NCBI GenBank assembly: GCA_018992685.1
Contig: JACVGT010000011.1
Location: 128,001 to 192,000 of the forward strand
DNA from: Theionarchaea archaeon
GTDB lineage: Archaea; Methanobacteriota_B; Thermococci; Methanofastidiosales; SZ-28-30
Direction of reading: 5' to 3'
DNA length: 64,000 bases
Positions 18,123 through 27,722 of this stretch are shown piece by piece. How positions within the stretch are numbered: position 1 is the stretch's first letter; every line of letters begins with the position of its first letter. The notes beneath the pieces were generated by a model that saw nothing but the letters and a program-made list of their open reading frames with translations, did no database searches and was not told where the DNA came from. The position numbers were made by a program, and so were the translations under genes.

Positions 18123-21118
18123 ATCTCCTTTCTCCTTGCGAGAAACCTAATGTTCAAGTCACCAGCTTTCTTAAGAAGATTCATGAGTTCCCTTGCAGTT
18201 AAGTCCTTTGCAACTTCTATCCTAACATCTTCCATGATGTCGGCATCTTCCACTTCTTTTTCAATTCTCTTCAATATCTCGCTGATCGTCCCTTCTTCTC
18301 TAAAGATGATTCTTTTCTTTGGTAGCTCTCGGGATGGACCCTTCCCCTTTGGTAATGAGAAAATACTCTTATCTTTGTCAAATACGAGCCTATTTTCATC
18401 AATTAAGGAGGCGATTGCATAATTAATGATTTTCTTTTCTGTTGGAAATATCTTGGATACTTCTTCCACAAGGGGTTCCCTTCTGAATTCACCTTCCTTT
18501 TCCACTTCAATGAATACTTTTTTCTTCACTTCTTCAGTTAATTTTTCCTCCGGAAGTTGAATTACAACAGAATCTTTTCCTCTCAAAATGTGCACTTGGG
18601 TCCCTATTTCTAAGTTGTCTCCTGCCATTAAGACAAGATCATCCGTTATGCCAGAATTCCCGTGAGTTTCTTTAAGAATTATGCTTAAATCTGTCACCTT
18701 GGTGGCAATTCTTTCATTAACGATCTTGAGAATCAGTGGCTCCAAGATTTCAGCAGCCTCTTCTACTACAACTAAGGCGCTAAGTTTTACATTCGAAGGT
18801 CTACTGATAATCCTATTCTCCTCTAAAGCAAATATTCCATCCTCTGTGTTTATTGATGAAATGTAGACTGTTTCGAGAATTTTATCATCAATGAAAGGAT
18901 AGCTCTCCGCGAATTTCCTAAAGGGTAATCTCTTCTTGTCTCTGACCATTACTGCTATATCACTTGAAGTGGGAGGTATGGCAATTTCTAGTGGTTTCTT
19001 GACAACGTCTTCATTGCCAATTGTCTGAGGCGATATAGGTTTTCTATAAAGTATTCTGCCTTGTTTCGTCTTGATAGCTACCTGGCCAATTTTCTCTGTT
19101 TCAACCAGTAATGATAATAAATCCTCATCTCTTAAGAGCATTGGTGCTCCTTCAAGCCTGTACAACCTCTCCTTTAGATCTCGTACTGATATTTCATCGT
19201 TTTCCTCTAAGATCATGTTCAAGAAGTATTCTAAGAGGTCTTTTGAGGCATAATTCCTAATAACTCGGTCAACATCTCTAAGGCTTGTTATGGTCCTTTC
19301 ATCTGGAGCGGGTTTGTCTCTTGGATTCTTCCTGAACCATCTGAATCCCCTCCACCCAGCATTATCTATCTGTCTTGTTATATGTTTCATGTATTCTTCA
19401 TGGAATTCCTTGAAGGGCTTTTCTTGCCCTTCCGTATCGGCCAATTCATCACTAGCTATTATTCGCTTAGCTAGTTTTATTGTTTCATCGCTTTTCAGGC
19501 TATAACTCGGATACAGAAGATAAAGGGTGTTTCTGTTCGTGAATTCTGGCGGATATAGATATGAAACATCTATGGGTTTTTCCAATAGTGTTAGTATTTT
19601 CAGTCTTTTATCGTTACTAATCTCAGATGGATCATGAATGAGTCTGTAACCTTTGATCTCGGATGAAGCTTTTCTTTCTACCAGTTTTTCTATGATCTGT
19701 AGAGCATCACCTGAAGACACCAACTCAGATTTTCTTTCGATTTTTACTGCAACTGGAAGCTCAGTCGTTATGACATATCTTATTGTTCCATCTTCCTCAA
19801 CTCTCTTCAATCTCGTCCATTTCTCCAAGAATGATATAGTGTCATCAATATCTTGAACCTTATACTTCGGACCGCAACCAAAGACAATGTCCTTGACGTC
19901 GGCGCCTTTTTTTGCTTCAGTGGTGCCTAGCATAGAAGTGATCAATATTGCTCTAGCAAGTTCAAATGAGATTATACCATCCTTGACTTCCTTTGTATTC
20001 TGCACAAATCCTATGTCTTCAAAATATGCATCAACAACCTTAGGATTTGCTGAATGCAAATAATCGCGTAAGATATCATCATCAAGGTCTGAGGAGATTA
20101 TCAGGTCTACTTCATCGATTTTTCTCATCACAACTTTTGCTAGCATTACAAGCATTTGCCTTACTCTAAGATGACTCAATGTTCTAAGGAACGAAGGATG
20201 GAATGGATATGCTTTTTTGAGCTCGTCCTTCAAGTATGAGTTTTCATCTAGCCCCTTCTTGCGCAATCTTTCCCCGATTGTCCTCAGATAATCTGGAATA
20301 ATAATGTCTATCTTGTTTTGATCAATGCTCTTGAACAATCTGAACCTGACAATGCCAAATATGTCATCCGATCTTTGCATGATTATCGAAGAACCACCAC
20401 GTGGGCGAGCCACAATATCCCTCAGTACTTTGACGTCAGAAGATATACCTAAGAAGGTTGTAACAAGCTTAAACTGACATCGTGAATCTTCAGAGGATTC
20501 AGAAAGACCCTGCAAGAACCCTCGAACTCTTGCTTTCTCTTGGTTGTTCTTTGCATCATACCAGTTGTCAATTTCATCAATTAGCATTAGGACGTTTTTC
20601 TCCCCTATTGCTTTCTTTATTTGATTAGATCTAGGCCAATCACCTTCTCCAAAGCCAATGTCTTTTCCCAGTGCTTGAAAAAGGGGGGACCATAGGTCTC
20701 TATAGCTAACACTCTGAAGAGGTATTGGGATAATTGCGGTTCCCCTGATTCTAGGAAAGTCTATACCCCATTCTTGAAACCATCTATCAGCATGATCTGT
20801 ATGTCTGAAGATATGATACAATGTTAGAAGAACATGAGATTTCCCTGAACCCAAATAACCATCTAAAGGAAAGACACCGGGACCGGTGCTTTCAATTTTC
20901 TCCTTTATGTCCCTCAATATCTCTCTTATGACACTGGTAGGGTATGTATGAGAAAAGAACCATTCCGGGTCACCCTCTAGTCCTCCCAGCTGAGCTGGGG
21001 CTTTTGGTCCCTCAGGAGGCCTGAAATTGTCCCATGATATTACGGGATTGATATTTCTGATAAGTTGGGATTCACTTTTGGCGTTGACTATTTCTTTACG
21101 AAGTTTGACAGCAAGCAT
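18119..21118 (-). CDS. DUF499-family (BrxC/PglY-related) ATPase
   Basis: DPEWFFSHTYPT, Walker A GYLGSGKSH followed by LYH, Walker B LMLIDEID, AYPFHP; ATGA overlap with pglZ. Confidence 0.88.
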   Translation of the reverse strand: MLAVKLRKEIVNAKSESQLIRNINPVISWDNFRPPEGPKAPAQLGGLEGDPEWFFSHTYPTSVIREILRDIKEKIESTGPGVFPLDGYLGSGKSHVLLTLYHIFRHTDHADRWFQEWGIDFPRIRGTAIIPIPLQSVSYRDLWSPLFQALGKDIGFGEGDWPRSNQIKKAIGEKNVLMLIDEIDNWYDAKNNQEKARVRGFLQGLSESSEDSRCQFKLVTTFLGISSDVKVLRDIVARPRGGSSIIMQRSDDIFGIVRFRLFKSIDQNKIDIIIPDYLRTIGERLRKKGLDENSYLKDELKKAYPFHPSFLRTLSHLRVRQMLVMLAKVVMRKIDEVDLIISSDLDDDILRDYLHSANPKVVDAYFEDIGFVQNTKEVKDGIISFELARAILITSMLGTTEAKKGADVKDIVFGCGPKYKVQDIDDTISFLEKWTRLKRVEEDGTIRYVITTELPVAVKIERKSELVSSGDALQIIEKLVERKASSEIKGYRLIHDPSEISNDKRLKILTLLEKPIDVSYLYPPEFTNRNTLYLLYPSYSLKSDETIKLAKRIIASDELADTEGQEKPFKEFHEEYMKHITRQIDNAGWRGFRWFRKNPRDKPAPDERTITSLRDVDRVIRNYASKDLLEYFLNMILEENDEISVRDLKERLYRLEGAPMLLRDEDLLSLLVETEKIGQVAIKTKQGRILYRKPISPQTIGNEDVVKKPLEIAIPPTSSDIAVMVRDKKRLPFRKFAESYPFIDDKILETVYISSINTEDGIFALEENRIISRPSNVKLSALVVVEEAAEILEPLILKIVNERIATKVTDLSIILKETHGNSGITDDLVLMAGDNLEIGTQVHILRGKDSVVIQLPEEKLTEEVKKKVFIEVEKEGEFRREPLVEEVSKIFPTEKKIINYAIASLIDENRLVFDKDKSIFSLPKGKGPSRELPKKRIIFREEGTISEILKRIEKEVEDADIMEDVRIEVAKDLTARELMNLLKKAGDLNIRFLARRKEI

Positions 21119-21567
21119 TCGATTTCTCCTCCCTCACCTGTTCATATCTATCATCCTGTGTAAATGGGAAAAATGTGAAATGACTCCTGTTCTCAAAGAC
21201 CGTTTCCGTTGAGCCCATTCTTACCCATTTCAATTCGTCTGAATGAAGGATTGAAGTATTCGTCCCTCTGAGCATTTCATCACTTCGCGCATGTATGAAT
21301 ATTTAATGTTGTTTTGGTATAAAAAGCTTGTGTCTCAGTGATGTCAGATTATTCGAATTTTCTAGAAGGTTCCAGGCATTTCTTGCATTTCTCACGGCCT
21401 AGTGATAAGGTAGCTTGGATGAGATTAAAAGGAAGAGCAAAACTACCAAGATATCTGACCATAAAATCTCTTCTTAAGTCCGGCCTCTTTCTGATTCAAA
21501 CATGATTGTCACTACGTGGGAACCCATCAAGGTCCGGATTCTTGAATATCGAAATTGCATCCTGCTC

Positions 21568-21927
21568 TCAGATCCACTCCAGTTCTTCAACAGTCAGGCT
21601 GCTCTTGACGTCGCCTGTATGCTTCGTTTCCTTGGGCTCTAACAGCATCATGTGAACTTCTTCGGGGGCAACTGGCCTGTGTTCGACCCCTCTCGGGACA
21701 ACAAATATTTCTCCCTCATTCAGGGTGATGTCTGTGTCTCTCAGTTCAATTGTCAGCTGACCTCGTATGACAAGGAACAGCTCGTCTTCATTCTGGTGGC
21801 TGTGCCACACCATTTCTCCTTTCGCTTCTGCTATTTTTACATACTGTCCGTTCAGTTCTGCAATAATCTTGGGAGTCCAGAATTCATGTATGAGACTCAG
21901 CTTATCCTCCAATGTTATCTTGTCCAT
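21568..21927 (-). CDS. Cupin-domain protein
   Basis: WHSHQNEDELF...VPRGVEHRP; RBS ggaggt before the ATG at 21927. Confidence 0.92.
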   Translation of the reverse strand: MDKITLEDKLSLIHEFWTPKIIAELNGQYVKIAEAKGEMVWHSHQNEDELFLVIRGQLTIELRDTDITLNEGEIFVVPRGVEHRPVAPEEVHMMLLEPKETKHTGDVKSSLTVEELEWI

Positions 21928-22029
21928 TTTTTTTACCTCCGATAGATTCATGGTTGTCTCTTTCCACCGTGGACGGAAGGAGAGTATTTCCATAATCAGG
22001 GTTCCCATACTCTTCCAGGGAATCTCACT

Positions 22030-23052
22030 TTACGAACGAGACTTCACTCCAAGCCCTATTACCAGGATAGCACTGACTAGAATCAGACCCAGCACAACGT
22101 ACCTCTGAAATGGAGAATCTGGGACAGCTTCAGGTTCGACCGTGCCCCCTGGGCCAGAGCCAGGCTGACTCTCAAACGCTACCAGCTCGGACAGGTAAAC
22201 ACCCTCACCGATATTCATTGTAATGTGTTCACGGAATCCCCTGACGGTTTCTACAGTCTCATTCAGTAATGAAATTTTCCATATCTTATCAAAGTCACCT
22301 TCCAGAGTGAGGTAGACGTCATTATTTCCAGGATCAAACAGCATGGAACAGCGCGTTGAAGCATTCGTTCCATGACTTACAACACTTTTCAGTAGAGAAA
22401 ATCCATCTTCCAGATCGAAAGCTCCTGCATGGTCCCTTAGATATCTGCACGCAGTCTTGTATCTGTCACTGCCTGCTCCGTAGACAGTTTCATATGGCTC
22501 GCCTGCAAACTCAGCACAAGGGAAATTCGTCATAACAATAAAATCACCTTCAATTCTGGTACTGAGGTTATCCCCCTGGCCAACCTCCACAATCATGGCA
22601 TCACCATATGCATCAGCATATAGGCTGTGAAGTGACACCATCCCCGTTACCATCTCATGATCATGCAGTATACTAGCGACATCCTGACAGCTGCTTAGCA
22701 TCATTGCTGCTTCAAGCAACTCTGTCATCTCCATTTCGTCGGAATCTTCAGATATTTTTCCAGGAACCCCGGGGAACACCATCTGGACGTTACAGAACAG
22801 CCCCTGTGAGTTCATGACAGCAATAGGCACAAAAAGATCTCTTTCCCACTCAAGTTTCATACAGAAAACCTTCAGGTCTCCCATTGTTGTGACACAGAAC
22901 ATCAAGTCTTTTGAGGGATCATAATCAAAGTTCATTCCGTAGAACGTTCTGTCAGCGTATACAGCAAAACTCGTGCATGCAAGGAGAGAACTGGAGCTGA
23001 GGACAAATAATGCAGTTACAGATAACCACACGCTTGCAGCTTTCTTTTTCAT
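22030..23052 (-). CDS. Secreted, C-terminally anchored Ntn hydrolase (choloylglycine hydrolase/penicillin V acylase-like)
   Basis: Signal peptide then CTSF, GMNFDY, MNSQGL, MTNF; C-terminal TM. Confidence 0.82.
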   Translation of the reverse strand: MKKKAASVWLSVTALFVLSSSSLLACTSFAVYADRTFYGMNFDYDPSKDLMFCVTTMGDLKVFCMKLEWERDLFVPIAVMNSQGLFCNVQMVFPGVPGKISEDSDEMEMTELLEAAMMLSSCQDVASILHDHEMVTGMVSLHSLYADAYGDAMIVEVGQGDNLSTRIEGDFIVMTNFPCAEFAGEPYETVYGAGSDRYKTACRYLRDHAGAFDLEDGFSLLKSVVSHGTNASTRCSMLFDPGNNDVYLTLEGDFDKIWKISLLNETVETVRGFREHITMNIGEGVYLSELVAFESQPGSGPGGTVEPEAVPDSPFQRYVVLGLILVSAILVIGLGVKSRS

Positions 23053-23274
23053 CTTGACATCTCCACGTGCTGATTTTTCTCAATTGAAGAGGAGGTCCAC
23101 TCATTAATTTCAAATTGTGGTATTCAACTGCCGGATCTTTCTGCAGTTCCCGTATGAGAAGCCACTGTCAATACTGTACTTACTATAGTGAATAGTAACT
23201 CACCTTTTTAACTCTTGCGGTTGGGAACACCTCCCTCTAGGAACATTTATCAGGGTGGGAGACACAGTAGGACT

Positions 23275-24576
23275 ATGAAAAAATGGGTGGTTGTACTGTT
23301 GATGCTTTTGGTAGTTCCTGTGGATGCTGAATCTTGGCAGGAATACGAATCCAGCCACTTCATATTCAACTATCAAGAAGGTTACCTCACGAGTGATGAC
23401 GTGGCTCGCATAGCAGAAAACCAAGAAGCAATCTTTTCAACACTCGTTGACCTCCTGGATTTGAAATTTCATGGAAAAGTAGTGTACTACCTGTACGGAA
23501 ATCGTGGAGATTTCAAGTCTTTGTCTCAGGCGTACTATTCGGGGGGAGTCCACATCTTGTGTACCACATGCGAGAACCTCTGTACCAAGGGATTGAATGA
23601 AGCCCACGAAATGACCCACGCCCTGTCCGTCCAATTGAACGTCCAGCAGCAAAGACTCCTGTCAGAAGGACTGGCAGTATACTGCCAGAACTACATCAAC
23701 CAGAGATACAATCTCCACAGTATTGCCAGAACACTGCATGAAGAAACTGGGTTGTCCGTCAAAGACGTTCTGCACGGGTTTTATGAGTACATTCCCTCCA
23801 GCTATTTCATCTCGGGATCTTTTGTCACGTTCTTGCTTGAAGAATATGGAATGGCGTCATTCAAGGACTTTTATGGAAGACCTCTCACTGGTGATTCTTT
23901 TGTTCAGGTCTATGGAAAGCAAGTGGACACTCTTGAAGAGGAATGGCTGAAGGCTATTGAACAAACAGAAAGGAGCCAAGAAGAAAGAGATTTCGCTCAG
24001 CTCATGATTGCCACCACAGGAGGAGATGATACCCCCTTTTTTTTCGGGCGTGACTATCCCGAATATGCCACCCACCCTTCTAGGGCAGAAGAAATAATGT
24101 GTATCATCCATGATACAATAAAATCTGATCGAGAAAAAGCATTTTCTTACGCGAACCAATATAGAAAAGTGATGCAAGCGTGGAACCAGGGCATTGATAT
24201 CTTCAGGAAGGCTCTAGAGGAGAAGAACCTGCAGATGAAACCAGAATTGTTTGAGAAGGCTGCATTACTGTATGGGGTGGCAGGTGATGAGGACATGAAA
24301 ATACAAGCAAGAAAGTATGCTGCAGGGTATATCTCCCTGGCACAGGCCCAGACATTCTTGGAACAGAAGTGTGTGCCGGCTGCAGAAGATGAGTTAGAAA
24401 AAGCGAAGATCCTCCTCAAAGGTGCCGGAGCGGAAGAACACATCGGTCAACTTGACGAATACCTTGTTGAGTTGAAAAGGCAAAACGCGGACACACTTGA
24501 CATCTTTGTCATTCTTTTTGGAATTGTCATGGGGGGGAAAGTTCTCCAGAGGATCTATTCTCGTGTTCTGAAATAA
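23275..24576 (+). CDS. Secreted membrane-anchored zincin-like metallopeptidase
   Basis: Signal peptide, HEMTH...LSEGLAVY, C-terminal TM. Confidence 0.75.
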   Translation: MKKWVVVLLMLLVVPVDAESWQEYESSHFIFNYQEGYLTSDDVARIAENQEAIFSTLVDLLDLKFHGKVVYYLYGNRGDFKSLSQAYYSGGVHILCTTCENLCTKGLNEAHEMTHALSVQLNVQQQRLLSEGLAVYCQNYINQRYNLHSIARTLHEETGLSVKDVLHGFYEYIPSSYFISGSFVTFLLEEYGMASFKDFYGRPLTGDSFVQVYGKQVDTLEEEWLKAIEQTERSQEERDFAQLMIATTGGDDTPFFFGRDYPEYATHPSRAEEIMCIIHDTIKSDREKAFSYANQYRKVMQAWNQGIDIFRKALEEKNLQMKPELFEKAALLYGVAGDEDMKIQARKYAAGYISLAQAQTFLEQKCVPAAEDELEKAKILLKGAGAEEHIGQLDEYLVELKRQNADTLDIFVILFGIVMGGKVLQRIYSRVLK

Positions 24577-24616
24577 ATCGGAATAAAAAAGAGTGGATGT
24601 ACACGAACCTAAGAAT

Positions 24617-25615
24617 TCATGGAGATTTCTCAGCAGCCTCCACAACATCTGCGGGAAGATGAACTGCAAACTCGCACACAAGGTCTCCACTCAGAACAGA
24701 TTTCAAAACTTTAACTTCTATTGGCTGATCGAGAACGATCTCCCAGTATGCCCTGTAGTATCCTGCACTACAGTTGCAGAATATAGGAGAGACGGGTTGT
24801 GGGGATTTTACCAGAGCTTCTCTTACCCACGGGCAATGGCAATAGTAATAGCGCCTCTTCTGTTCATCCGTTTCCCTCAGGTATTCATCTGCCATACACG
24901 GGATTTTCCTCACGATAAGTACGTCTCCTTTGCGAACACCGCCTTCAATATAGGGATCATTCGCTATGAAATCAAGCACTGGAGCAGTGATTCTCTGCGT
25001 GAAATAGAAGGTTCCATCCTTGAAATGCTTCTCCAGCTCCTGGAGATACGCTGAGCGCTTGGTTTTGAGGAACTCATCAATATTCTTTGATTTGAGAAAT
25101 CTCTCTCTGTCAGGCTTCCGCCATTGCTCATAACGATCTCTCAGCCCCTGATTCAAGAATTGACAACAGCGCTCGACACCCAGGACTTTTTCAAGTCGTG
25201 GTAGAAGTTTCTTTGTGTATTCTGGTTTCTTATCAGGAGGTATTCCCAATGGAGGAAGAGATATCCCCTCAAAGACCTTGTTTCTGATATCATCACCAAA
25301 TTCCTCTATCAATCGCCTGGAAAGATTCTCCATCACCTCTCTTCCGTCAAGAACTTCCATTGCAGCGAGATAGAGGTCCGGATTTGCCACAAGTCCATAA
25401 CGAAGAATACTCAGGTAGGCCTCCAGGGTGTTCTCCCCTTGATCAACCAGATGATTGGAATACTCATAGAAATCTTTTCCTGATGCTCTGTCAACAGTGG
25501 TCCCTTTCTGTTTTAGGAAACCATCAAATTCCTTCACCAGAGCAATAGACCTTTCAATCGTTTCTTTTTCTACATTGTTTTTCTCCATGAACATTCTGAA
25601 TTTCTTCTCATCCAT
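24617..25615 (-). CDS. DUF6144-like Cys-rich protein with N-terminal helical domain
   Basis: YYCHCPW, FCNCSAGY, SVLSGDLVCEF. Confidence 0.8.
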   Translation of the reverse strand: MDEKKFRMFMEKNNVEKETIERSIALVKEFDGFLKQKGTTVDRASGKDFYEYSNHLVDQGENTLEAYLSILRYGLVANPDLYLAAMEVLDGREVMENLSRRLIEEFGDDIRNKVFEGISLPPLGIPPDKKPEYTKKLLPRLEKVLGVERCCQFLNQGLRDRYEQWRKPDRERFLKSKNIDEFLKTKRSAYLQELEKHFKDGTFYFTQRITAPVLDFIANDPYIEGGVRKGDVLIVRKIPCMADEYLRETDEQKRRYYYCHCPWVREALVKSPQPVSPIFCNCSAGYYRAYWEIVLDQPIEVKVLKSVLSGDLVCEFAVHLPADVVEAAEKSP

Positions 25616-25948
25616 AGGGTCACCTTCTCTTCTTCTGAAGACTTCACACTTGAACCGTCTCCACAGACTTCACCATCTTCCCATTTCCTGAGAAGATTTG
25701 TGTTCAGCCACTGGTACGGAATCACGTGCATGAACTCCGACCTCACTTTTTCTTTCTTCTATATAAATACTCATCTCTCCTTGTCAATGGCTACTCAATC
25801 CTGCAGACCAACTGTCTCTCTCCAAAGAGATTCATCATACGAGGCCGCCAATTTCAGTGATCTGTAAGCCACCATTGGGGTACTCTTCACCGCCCAGGAG
25901 AAAAAGATAAGAGCACCTGCTAATAATGGTTCAACAGGAGGAATAAGA

Positions 25949-26659
25949 ATGGGAAGAGAAGATGATATAGGCCCGGTACATATTGAATACAACGACGAAG
26001 TAGCTGTGGTAAGACTAGCCCGTGGTGTCACGAATGCGATAAATTTGGAACTTGTTCAGGAACTGCACAACAAGTTCTTTTCCATTGGGTGGGATATCCC
26101 GGAACTCTATTATTTTGACAGAAGGAATTTCACTGAGTTTTTTCGCGCATTTGCTCGATTGCAGATAGATCTGTTTACCCTGCCAATACCTACGATAGCA
26201 GCTATGACAGGACATGCAGTTGCTGGAGGGTGTATTCTGGCTCTTTGCTGCGATTACAGGTATATTGCTGAAGGGAAAAAGTTCATGGGGCTAAACGAAG
26301 TGAAGCTCGGCGTTCCTATTCCGTATCCTGTTGACTGTATCCTGCGGAGTATTGCAGGAACACGTATTGCCCGCACCATGACGGAGTTTGGTGAGTTCTA
26401 CCTACCTGAGCAGTTGCTGGAGATGGGTATCGTGGACTGTGCAGCGCCGTTGGAGGAAGTACTACCTCTTTCAGTAGAGAAGGCTCAGGTACTGGGTGCT
26501 CTGCCTCGAAACGCACGTGCTGCAATTAAGAGAGACCGTACAGAAATAGTTGAAGCACAGATTCTGCCCCACCTTGAAGAGAAAGAACGAACATTCTTGG
26601 ACTGTTGGTTTTCTCCTGAGGCTCGACACCAGCTTGAAGAACAAATGAAGAAGTTTTGA
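25949..26659 (+). CDS. Enoyl-CoA hydratase/isomerase family protein, apparently with an internal deletion
   Basis: NAIN, FFSIGWDI, GHAVAGG, CDYR, GLNEVKLG. Confidence 0.85.
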   Translation: MGREDDIGPVHIEYNDEVAVVRLARGVTNAINLELVQELHNKFFSIGWDIPELYYFDRRNFTEFFRAFARLQIDLFTLPIPTIAAMTGHAVAGGCILALCCDYRYIAEGKKFMGLNEVKLGVPIPYPVDCILRSIAGTRIARTMTEFGEFYLPEQLLEMGIVDCAAPLEEVLPLSVEKAQVLGALPRNARAAIKRDRTEIVEAQILPHLEEKERTFLDCWFSPEARHQLEEQMKKF

Positions 26660-26746
26660 ATACGTGACGTGCTGGAGTGTCACTACAGTTGCGTATCACC
26701 AGTTTAGAAGAGAAATGTATAAGAGTAGTGCAGACCAAATACTTCT

Positions 26747-27574
26747 ATGAGAACAGTAGAACTGGGGAAAACGGGCGAGAAGATACCTGTTATAGGACAG
26801 GGCACCTGGGGTCTTGCTCGCTGGAAATCAGCAGAGTATTATCAACAATGGAAGAGGGTACTGCATCTGGGGATTTCCCTTGGGATGACGCATATTGACA
26901 CAGCTGAAGCGTATGGAATGGGGGTGGCGGAACGAATCGTTGGTGAGGTAGTCAAGGAATACCCTCGTGATGATCTTTTTATCACCAGCAAGTTGTTACC
27001 CTTTCGAGTATTCCATAACAGTATGAAGAAGGCTGCGTACAGGAGTCTTGAGAGGCTGCAGCTGGACTATTTTGATCTGTATCTGGTTCACTGGCCAAAT
27101 CCTATCATATCCATTGAAAAACACATGAAAGTCCTGGAAGAATTGGTCGAAGAGGGAAAGACACGATTCATTGGAGTGAGCAATTACTCTGTGAATCAAG
27201 TAGAGACTGCCATGAGGGCTTTGAAGAAGCATGAGCTCGCAACGAACCAGGTTAAGGCAAGCGTGGTAGCCCAGGAACACCTCAGCGATTTGCCCCTTTA
27301 TCAAAAGGAAACGGTCACATTGACAGCATACAGTCCTTTGGGTCACAAAGGGTTAACCAATATTCGAGATGATTTGCGAACAAAGCTTGTGCTCCTCGGT
27401 GAGAAGTACAACACTACCATTCAGCAGATTGCACTTTCATGGCTTGTGTCTATGGAGGGAGTCATTACCATCCCAAAGACAGTTGCTCTTGATCACGTAA
27501 GAGCCAATGCCCAGGCAGCAGAGATCGTATTGTCATCAGAGGAAATCGACATGCTATTCCAGGATGCCCGATGA
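26747..27574 (+). CDS. Aldo/keto reductase
   Basis: GQGTW, IDTAEAYG, DLYLVHWP, IGVSNY, IPK. Confidence 0.95.
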   Translation: MRTVELGKTGEKIPVIGQGTWGLARWKSAEYYQQWKRVLHLGISLGMTHIDTAEAYGMGVAERIVGEVVKEYPRDDLFITSKLLPFRVFHNSMKKAAYRSLERLQLDYFDLYLVHWPNPIISIEKHMKVLEELVEEGKTRFIGVSNYSVNQVETAMRALKKHELATNQVKASVVAQEHLSDLPLYQKETVTLTAYSPLGHKGLTNIRDDLRTKLVLLGEKYNTTIQQIALSWLVSMEGVITIPKTVALDHVRANAQAAEIVLSSEEIDMLFQDAR

Positions 27575-27722
27575 GCTGCTGAAGAGATGGAGATCTCAGA
27601 TCTAGATGCCGTGCTCCCATGACTCTGGGAGACACAAGACCGTTTTACTTTAGATTATTCAGCACTTCATTAAGAAAACCATATAAGCAAAGAATGGGGG
27701 AATTCATGTAGGGTAGATATAC

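Noticed and set aside
21100-21330. Possible fifth small gene upstream of the DUF499 ATPase
   Set aside because: Only frames of about 20 and 59 aa follow a TATA-like box, with no motif; more likely a leader or debris.
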